From Saccostrea echinata (taxonomy: Eukaryota), in NCBI RefSeq assembly GCF_033153115.1, contig NW_026889803.1:10106001-10170000 (forward strand): a stretch of DNA of 64,000 nucleotides, written 5' to 3'. Each line of letters begins with the position of its first letter. Positions within the stretch are counted from its first letter, which is position 1. The translations under genes were made by a program, and so were the position numbers. Below are positions 54,670 to 64,000 of this stretch, in pieces. The notes under the pieces are model-generated. The model was not told the origin of the DNA and searched no databases. It saw only the letters and a program-made list of their open reading frames with translations.

Positions 54670-55182
54670 AGATAACGAATAGTATTCAAGTTCAAAAGTC
54701 CATTAAACAATACAAATTTTGGAGCAGAGAAAACACAGACCTCTAAAACATCAGAGGGGGATCAGGTGCCATGGAGGAATGAGCATCCCCTGCCGACCGG
54801 TCACACCCTCCATGTGTTCTTTGTCATGATCGGGAAATAACGGAAAAATCTGTCGACAATTCAGTTTGTAAATAATGGTCTAACAATAAGTATGAAAAAC
54901 GTCAGTCATCATTTGAACAAATAATAAATTGTTTTTGCTGACAAGGTCATTGTATCGACCATAGTAGTTAAGAAATGACGACTTTAATCGAAATTGCTGA
55001 TATTCTTGTTTCATCAACTTGTTTGTCAATAACTTACTTCGTTTTAGAAATTGTTCATACGTAGAGCATACTCTTGCGTATCAAATCAACTGAGAGATAT
55101 AAATCCCGTATGCAGGTGATGAAGGTATATTGCCACATAAGTAAGGGAAGTTGACGATTGAAAAGTTAAAGTCATCACGTTT
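54670..55182 (-). mobile_element. 5'-truncated Penelope-like (Naiad-type) retroelement: RT thumb and 3' end
   Basis: Minus-strand translation KRDDFNFSIVNFPYLCGNIPSSPAYGIYISQLI*YARVC...FHTYC*, followed by the conserved 3' motif; no C-terminal GIY-YIG. Confidence 0.85.
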
Positions 55183-55334
55183 AAGACCTCATTATAACCT
55201 CATCACGTTTAAGACCTCCTTATAACCGAAAACTACATTTTTTTCCTATTGTCTTCGCAAAGAAATTCACTTTTAAAATACTTAAAATCAATTAACTGAG
55301 CTTAAAACTGTTTTAAAAAGGTCTCTGCCAGGAA

Positions 55335-56190
55335 GATGAAATTGAGGGTTTATGTGAAATCTACGATTTATTACAAAATCGCTGAAGACCTCCCCCCCCC
55401 CCCCAAAAAAAAGGGTTGTGATATCTGGAAAGACTAGTCTTTCACACAGTCCTGTGTTTAGGTGGATTAGAAACTTCATAAGTGGAAAGAGGGACTTTAA
55501 AGTTCGCAGCCGTACTGGTCGATCGAGATTTGTAGGGACACAAAAATATCGATGCTGTGAGCAACATGATATCTGAATATGACAGATTAATTGTGAGAAA
55601 CGTTGCTAAGACACTTAACACTTCATCGTCACAACGGTAGATTAAGTTCTGATGAGGGAAATGAATTTTTAAAAACATTCCTGTCAAATGAGTGCATTTT
55701 TCTTTACAGATGCCTACAAGAAAAGACGCGTCAAATATGCCAATGATCTATTAAAATATAAATATTTTAAGAAAAGAGGGTATGATAAACCTGCATGATC
55801 GGTGACGAGACATGGGTGCAATGCTTTTGGCCAAAATGGAAGGTCAATAATAAAATGTGGAAACAGAGAGGAAGCTGTCGTCCTATTGTTGCAAAGAGAA
55901 GCCATAGCTCCAAACAGGTCTTATACTGGTTTTCCTTTAATTCAGGAGATCCAGTAATAAATATACCTACACCCAAAGGAAGGACCATAAATGATAGCTT
56001 TTATGTTAAAATTGTATTGAGGAAAGATAAGCAGATTTTTTGTAAGAGAAGTTCAAATACCTGTACCCACGGTGATTTTCTTGTCGGTGACAACGCTGCT
56101 GTGATTAGGCACAGTGATGTAAAGGAAATTTTGAAGAAAGGAACGTTTACAGAGCTTAGACATCCTCCGTATTTGCTAGATTCCTTAGGT
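55335..56190 (+). pseudogene. Decayed mariner-family transposase
   Basis: FRWIRNFISG...RTGR (HTH/linker), GDETW, DNAA, LRHPPYLLD (cf. GDE(T/K)W, HDNA, HPPYSPDL); frameshifts and stops. Confidence 0.85.
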
Positions 56191-57644
56191 ACGTGTAATA
56201 TATAGTGCGAAGCATTGTAAGAGGTGTTATATCAACGGGTTAAATGTTTTACAATTTCTTAATCTAGAAATTTAGCGAATGGAAAGAATAAAATTCTTCA
56301 GGTATTTGATTTTCCTCTTTTACGATGATAAGGAACTTGACAAGTATAAACATTTTAAGTCATCCGTCAATTTTGTCAATGTTTTCCCATCGTTAACCTT
56401 TCCATGTTTACAGTTAACTGGTATATGATATGGAAAACAAAAAGAATCTTGATACATTTCTCAAAATATTCTTAATTATTAATCAACTGTTTAATACGGG
56501 ATGTGGGAAATCATACTCAAAGTGCGAGTGACATGGAGTAAAGTATTTTTAATAGTATAATTGAATAATTTTCGGAGCGATAATTGTGACCATTTATTTA
56601 AGAGAAACATCTCTTAATTTATCGCATTTGAATTACCATACCTGTACTTGATTCCTAAACTTCATAAAAATCCCTACAAACAAAGATATATAGCGGGTTA
56701 CCAAGCATCTCTCTTTACTCCTCACTAAAATATTAACAGAAGTGAAGAAGGAACTTCAGGAGTACAGTACAACAGTATATTCATGAAAGGGTGTAAATCA
56801 GATGTGGATGCTCAAAAATTCCAAGGAGATTTTAGAAAATTTAATCACAAAATTTTACCAAAATCAATAACATCAATAACACTTTGTACAACCAATTCCA
56901 ACGATAAATTAAAGTCCAGGCTTTTGACATCTTTGACATCTGCTTTTTCAATAAGAATGAACACTTACCTTGTCTTTGGTCATTTGCAAAATTATTGTGT
57001 TGTAAAAAAGCACTCTGATTGTTCACACAAGTTGATATTAAAATATGCTTGGGTTTCTGATTGACAACATCTATGTAGTTTTTGGAGAACAGGTCTTCCA
57101 ACAATCTATTGGAATTCCCATGAGTTCCAAATGCACCCGTTATTAGCAGACCTATTTTTGTATTCATATGAAGCAGAATTTATTCAAAATCTTATACATG
57201 AGAAGAAGAAAACACTTGCCGTGGCCTTCAACTCGGCATTTAGATACTTCGACGACGTATTATCAATTAACAATGGTTTTCTTCCATTTATATGTCGACT
57301 CGATATATCCCAGTGAGCTTGAAATAAAAGATACCACAGAGTCTGATACATCTGTTTCATATTTGGATATTTTTACTAGAAGAAGACTTAAATAGTAACC
57401 TAACAATAAAGCTTTATGATAAACGTGATGACTTCAACTTTCAATCGTTAACATCCCTTACTTATGTAGCAATATACCCTGATCACCTGCATATAGAGTT
57501 TTTGTCTCTCAGTTGATTCGATACGCAAGAGCATGTTCTAAATGTGGTAAGCTATTTATTGACAAACAATTTAATGAAACAAGAATATCAAGAGTCTCGT
57601 TCAAATTCATCATTTTGCAAGTTCTATGGTAGATACAATGTTAA

Positions 57645-58027
57645 GGACCCTCTATACATCAGTGCAAAATGTATTTTGGACATTTAGAAAATTATATTGT
57701 ATATAGGTGTAAATTTTGAGCTTATCTATGTAATTTTCAATATATGGTACGTGGCATTTACCCCCAGGAAAAATGTTCAAAGACAACAAAATATCAATGA
57801 ACAGAAATCACTGTTGTTTACTTCAGTGGATAAAATATATGCAAATGAAGTGTTCAGTTAATTTATCTTGGCCTTCTAAAATGTTAAGAATGCTTGAATT
57901 GATTACAAATTGAGAAATACACTGTAGATTTCAATTTATTTGAATTTAGATCTAAGGGCAGATCACTCTAACTGCAGAAAAATACCACAGAATCAGAACT
58001 GTTTATTGTGCAGTGTAGAGAGGGTTC
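57645..58027. mobile_element. Kolobok-like non-autonomous DNA transposon
   Basis: TTAA TSD at 57641-57644 and 58028-58031; TIRs GGACCCTCTATACA / GAACCCTCTCTACA with purine-purine 5' ends. Confidence 0.75.
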
Positions 58028-58117
58028 TTAACAAAAACCATCTAGCATTACGTCAAGTGCTGCATGAGTGATGTTTTTCATATCAATTTTTAGACCATTT
58101 TTTACACACTAAATTGT

Positions 58118-58994
58118 TGTTGAGATGTGGGTTATACACCTTTAGAACCCGAATAAATCAAGGAAACCAGAAACTGAAATTTTAACAAAATTTAATAAAC
58201 AAAACAAAAAATAACTTTTTACAACAAAATAATTAAAAATAATAGAAATGAAATGTCTATCTGCAGACCGTCCTAGGAAGTGTCCTGGAAAGTAGAGTTA
58301 ACTAATCACAGCACCTCTGCTTAACATTTTCAGAATTTTGGTGTTGAATTTCCTCACACGTAATTTTCACAAATGAAACATTGAATATAAATTCACAAAT
58401 AACACATAAATCACTGTTTCCTAAACTTTCATAATGCTGTGTGGATTTTCTTTTGGTTTAATCAATATAAGTTTCAAAGAGTGGAATTCTTTTGAACACA
58501 TAACTTTATAAATGCTGGTCCCGAGTTGTCCGTCAGGGCTGCCGTATCCGACTCTCTCTCACATGTGCTGTTGTAAATGTATAACCAAGACTCTCCCTCT
58601 CGCCCTGGACTGGCTATTGTATCAATGGAATTTAAGTACCCCGCCCAAGACCTGTGTCATTTTAGAAACGGGACGAAAGCCCAAGGAAATAGGACCCTGG
58701 GGAAAAATATTAAAAAAAAACAACCATACTTAATGTATAGATTCTAACTATATAAACATATTTTACAAATTACATTTTCAATCCCGTAAATACCTGATGT
58801 ACTTTTGAGCACCCGCCCCGGCTACTTCAGAACAAGCCAAACAGGTCTAATTCTGGCTGTAACTTCCCGGGTACTACCCGAACACGAGCTCTCAGGTAGT
58901 AAAAATGCTAACCGAGGGGCTCCCAGCAGGATAAAGACCAATATCTATTATCACACGATAGGGGTATCTTAAGGGCAAAATTTAGTTTGTTACA
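58118..58994 (-). mobile_element. Solo LTR (877 bp) of an LTR retrotransposon
   Basis: TGT...ACA ends; exact 5-bp TSD ATTGT at 58113-58117 and 58995-58999; on minus, TATAAA (~58510) then ATTAAA and a GT-rich tract (~58190). Confidence 0.8.
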
Positions 58995-59957
58995 ATTGTA
59001 TACGGATTTGTGACCGATCGACCGGGTATACCCATTCCTCCATGGCACATGATCCCACCTCTGATGTTTTAGAGGTAAGTGTTTGCTCTTCTCCTGATTT
59101 GTATTGTTTGAATGGATTAATGATCTTGAATAGTGATTGTTTTCTTCATATTTCATTCAATTCAATTCTTTATTGCCCTGGGTTGTACAACTCATCGAGA
59201 TATGAAAATATTGTTACAAAAGGTTTCTTACATGACGTAGGTAAAACAAAGATACAGCGAATTTGCTTTTGAGAGAATGTATTAAAATAATTAAGAAATG
59301 TAACTGAGGGAAAAAGAAAACTACTAGGATCACCAAGATGTACTAGTAATAATATGTTCTAGTAATAAAAAAAGATGGAGCGAAAATGCCTATGGTTCGA
59401 CAATAAAAAAAACTGACAAATCAAATCTTAATTTAAAAAATCTTCGATATATCTATTCTGTATGTAAAATCTCAACATTTTGAATAGTTTGAACAATCTC
59501 AGAAATATTGAATTTATTCTCATCTCTGAAGAAGCATGAGTACACCAAAATGGCAGACATTATTTCTTTATACTATGACACAATTTTCAGTATAAGTGGG
59601 TCTTTGCCTTTTTTTAACGTGCATCTTCAAAGTATGCATAAAATGTACAGATTTAGGACTCACTTTATTCATTTGTATCTTTCCGAGAAATATTTAGGCC
59701 CAGTTATTCAAGGGTCGTATCACAAACTAGATTTAAATGCCCGTATATGTTATGAGGTTAAAAAACATAATTTTACTCTAGAGAATTTTCCACAGAGAAG
59801 TTCTGTTTATCATAATTTCCTACCTTTCAATAAAAAGAACTTTGATTTTAATACCATTAATTATAGTTCACAAATTGATTTTGATTTCAATATATATTTG
59901 AAGCAATAGGCATTCCCCAAGCTTAAATCGCCCATTGTTCTTTTCCATTTGTCAGAT

Positions 59958-60308
59958 TTATTGATTGATTGTTTGTTGTTTTACGTCTCGTTCGAGAATT
60001 TTTCACTCATATAGAGACGTAACCTTATACCGGTGAAGAGCTTCAAATTTAGACCTTTACTCGGCACTCAGGGCCACTGAGCAGTGTGAGTTCTTTATCG
60101 TGCCAACGCCTACCGTGACACGGGTCCTCGGTTTTTAAGGTTTCATCCGAAGGACCCGCAGCTTTCACTTCAAGGTGCCGAGCGCTTGGCGAAGGAACAG
60201 TTGCTACCTTTTTTTTTATCGACTTAGGTCAGTCGTGGCCATGATTCGAACACACGACCTTCCGATCACGGAGCGAGCGCTCTACCGACTGAGCTACCGT
60301 GACAGTCC
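59958..60308 (-). mobile_element. tRNA-derived SINE, same family, full length
   Basis: Reverse complement aligns end to end with 52751-53092; 13-bp TSD CCATTTGTCAGAT at 59945-59957 and 60309-60321. Confidence 0.92.
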
Positions 60309-61594
60309 CCATTTGTCAGATAATCATCACACATACAAATAAAAAAGAATACTGAACTGTGTATTAATTCCAACAAAGGGCGTCAAACTTTTGTCCTGAG
60401 AACCACTGCACTAATAATCCAAGCCACTGACTTAAGGTTATGACATACTTGTAGCTCATGGGCACAATGCATCACTTTTAGTTCAACACAAAGAGAATTC
60501 GAGAGGTATGGCACAAAAAACAAGATTCCCAGAGACAGACACCGAGAAAATTAACTGAACAGACAGACATTCAGCTAGACAGACAGACACCTTTGTCTAA
60601 ACAAATGTCTCGAAGATATTTCATTAAAAATGCAGAAAAAAATGTTGTCTCTGCAGACAAATATTCAATTTACATTGAGCTGGAAGGATGTCTGGATTTG
60701 GTCACTAGGAGGGAACAAAGAAGGTGAAATGGTTGAAGTATATTGTCTTTAAGGAGCCTAATCCACAGTTGAACTTAACATCGGCAACAAATGCAAGGCA
60801 TTCATAAACCTGATTTAAAACAGGAGATACATGAGGCACACCCCTCACATCATGAATTGAATTTCAAATGAAACTAAGTATAATTTGAGAATATCATAGA
60901 GAAAATGAATTCTGTAGTTTACATTTAGGGTGGCAGAGGACAGTTTTTTAATGCCAAACATATGCCGAGGGGTAGGCATATATATGAGGTCAATAATAAA
61001 AGATATTTTAGGACAGTTTTGGGGGTTGATTAACTGCACTTCATATGTCCATAGCTAAAAATGTATGTCAACATAAAGCATGTAATCTACATATTACAGT
61101 GCATGTGTACCGAAAATGCACTTTGGAGCATTCCCAGATTTTGGCTTGTTTTTCCAAGATTTGGGCCTCATCTGCACCCATACAGCTCATCCCAGTCCCA
61201 AGCGAGGGAGGTGAAATCCAGCATTATGTAGATCAATGCATACCCTAATGAAAATTCAACAATTGATTTGGGCCCATTTACCTTCCCTCTGAGATACAGA
61301 CCTTTTTCTTAGCCCTACTCACTCCAGCTGAATTTTCTTGGCAACTGGCAGCATGTCTAAGTTTCGATTTACAGCTCTGAATAATTATGCTAAGTATCAT
61401 AGTGACACGTGTATGTTCCATATTATTCTGCATCATTGCACATATATACCATAATTATTCTATTCATTTTTCTACATAAAATATCACATCAAACATGGAA
61501 TATCTCATCTTTTTAGATTGTAAGTACTATATATACTTCTGAAAACGTATCTATAATATATTTGTACGTTTTTTAAAAAGAGAAATAAGCAATT

Positions 61595-62888
61595 GGGTTT
61601 GGATGAAATTCTTCAAAACCACACTTCAGTCTTTATCACTTTTAACAATCCAGTCAACCAAGGTGAGTTCGATCTACCCCACCTACACTGGATCACTAAA
61701 CTTAATAAAAATCCTTAAAAGAAAAAGCAAAGAAACGTTGCCGGGTCCAGAAATGCTCTACCAAGCCCCTATACTTACTCCGAACAAACATACTAACTTC
61801 TGTAAAGGAGAAACGCCAGGAGTCGTGTGTAACAGTATAATCTAGAAGTGGTGTAAATCAGATGTGGATTTTCAAAAACTCCCAAAAAACTTTTCAAAAA
61901 AATTTGAAATCATTGAATTTTTCAAAAGTCAGTAACAGCAAAAAGAATGATTTTTCTACACTTTATACAATCATTCCTCACTATAAATTAAAAACTAGGC
62001 TATTTGATATCATAGAAAATTGCTTCTTCAATAAAAATGGAACTCGGAAATTTTCATATCTTGTGATTGGTCATCAACTAAATTACTTAGTTGAAAAGGA
62101 TGCTGGAGTTCATCATTGACAACATGTTTTTAGTCCCATGTTGAAATTACGATGGGCATTAATTGTGCTCCTATATTAGCCGACTTGTTTTTATATTCCT
62201 ATGAAAGCAGAATTTCTCCAAAAACTTCTACATGAGAAGAAAAAACTTGTGGCCTTCATCTCGACATTCAGGTATATCGACGACGTTTTATCAATGAACA
62301 GTAGTTACTTCCATTCATATGTCGACTTGATATATCGCAGTAAACTCGAAATAACAGACACTAAAGAATCTACCACATCTGTTTCATATTTGGATGTTTT
62401 ACTGAATAAAAGACGATTAGGGCCAACTAACAACTTAATTGTACGACAAACGAGATGACTCCAAATTTTCGACCGTCAACTTTCCTCATTGAAAAAATAG
62501 TATTCCGTTATCGGCTGCATATGGTGCTTACGTCTCCCAACTTATTCGATACTCAAGAGCATGCTGTGCGTACGATAAGCAATTTTCAAACTGAGGCAGG
62601 CTACTGAGAAATAAGTTGATGCTACAGGGATTTCAATAACCTCGTTTAAAGGCAACATTTCGTAGACTCTATGATCGTTAGAATGACGTTTGTTAGCAAA
62701 TATAACATATCATTGGGTTCATGGTGGGTGTGACCGATCGACAGGGGATGCTTATTCCTCCTAGGCACCTGGTCCCACCTCTGGCATTTCTGGGGATCCG
62801 TGTTTATGTCTATTCACGGATTTGTAATGTTTGTAGATTTTTTTTTTAGATCGATCACTGTTCGTTATCTTCAGCTTTTTTTTCATTT
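61595..62888 (+). mobile_element. Decayed Naiad-type Penelope-like element (RT region and 3' end)
   Basis: LHWITKLNKNP, DFSTLYTIIPH, MGINCAPILADLFLYSY, FRYIDDVLS, YGAYVSQLIRYSRAC; 3' motif at 62721-62800. Confidence 0.88.
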
Positions 62889-64000
62889 ATCTGCATGATA
62901 TTAACAAACATATTTACTTCGGAGAGTTAACTACTCCTAATGCATCAGTACCATGTAATTTAGGTATGTTTTTGTTTTTGTTTAATAAAGAAGCAAAGGC
63001 GTATATTCATACAAAAGTGCAGAATATATGTACATGTACTTTTTAAAGAAAGAAGTAAATAGTAATGCTCTTATGTTTTTGTATAATACTAATTTACATG
63101 TTTACTTATGAGAGTATTTGAACTTTTATTTGTAGAAAACTATCTGAACTTTAACAAGATTACATGAACTTTCAAGGACAATATGATGTATTAATTAAGA
63201 AAAACCCATTGCAGACATCTTTATAACTGAAAATAATAAATTTCCAAAACTTTGAATGAAACCGGTCGGATAAGTCGAGCCATATGCCTACATAACGACA
63301 TATTAAAAACCAATAGATTTGTTTTTCACAAATTCCACTTTCTGTTACATTAAGGTAATGTTTTTTTAACATATGCATACAAAATTGACGATATATTAAT
63401 ACAGTAAATACGTACATTTGCACAAAAACTGACAAAAATCGGATGTTTAACTACATTTTTTTAATAGAGTGGGTAATTAGTCCATTTTTGAAACCGAATA
63501 ACGAAAGGCAATGGAAAGATATGTTTCTTTTTACACTTGCAAAAATTTGGTACGAAGACCCATTCCATATAAAAAAGGATTAGTTTACTTAACTTAATTT
63601 TTCAGTGTGATATGAAATAGTTCCAAGTCCAGATATGCTTGCTAAATTCGGAAAAGAACTAATTGCTATTTAAATTGCAAAAAAAAATGTGAATGTAGTG
63701 GTCAGCGAGGAGCTGTTTAAACGGACATTTATTGAGGAAAGTGTTCGAAACATACTCTGATGTTTTGATATTTTTATATTCTGATGGTTTTACTTTACAT
63801 TTAGTTGAAATGTTGCTATAGAATTAAAAAAGAAATTCAAAATAAATATTAAATAAATGTATGTTATAACGAACCCATTTACAGTAAATTAATAAATATA
63901 TATTGAAATAGGTGTCTTCCCGATTTAGTTTATTTTTTTTACTCGCCACTAACATTAGATACAAGTATACATAATAATATCGACACAATGCATGTTAACA

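Larger units (their letters stand above)
56625..59155 (+). mobile_element. Decayed Naiad-type Penelope-like element interrupted by two nested insertions
   Basis: LPYLYLIPKLHKNPYKQRYIAG, VFQQSIGIPM, PLLADLFLYSYEAEFIQ, FRYFDDVLSIN, KLYDKRDDFNF, SQLIRYARAC; sequence resumes at 58032 and at 59000. Confidence 0.88.

Noticed and set aside
59508-59909. 133-aa plus-strand ORF
   Set aside because: Non-ATG start, composition typical of AT-rich non-coding DNA, no motifs or splice support
54670-62888. Selenocysteine-recoding Naiad (in-frame TGA, e.g. SQLI*YAR)
   Set aside because: This TGA aligns with CGA (Arg) in the other two copies, consistent with CpG decay; the copies also carry frameshifts and other stops

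Overview
AT-rich, intron-containing animal DNA. The repeat families suggest a bivalve mollusc such as an oyster (inference). About 5.4-46 kb is one minus-strand gene that I reconstructed exon by exon with consistent GT-AG sites and phases. It encodes a ~1470-1500 aa RhoGEF of the puratrophin-1/PLEKHG4-PLEKHG4B-ARHGEF40 (Solo) family: N-terminal family domain, Sec14/CRAL-TRIO-like domain, spectrin-like repeats and DH-PH. It has 24 core coding exons, at least two candidate alternative first coding exons, a 1.4-kb acidic optional exon, and a 2-codon last exon that creates a C-terminal PDZ-binding motif. The introns hold several MITE-like elements. From ~49 to 64 kb is a transposon-rich region: two BivaMD-like tRNA SINEs with target-site duplications (TSDs), three decayed Naiad-type Penelope-like elements (one interrupted by a TTAA Kolobok-like MITE and a solo LTR), a mariner transposase remnant, and a tRNA-like repeat with nested inverted repeats next to a 163-N gap. 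No prokaryotic systems, CRISPR arrays, rRNA or intact tRNA genes were found.
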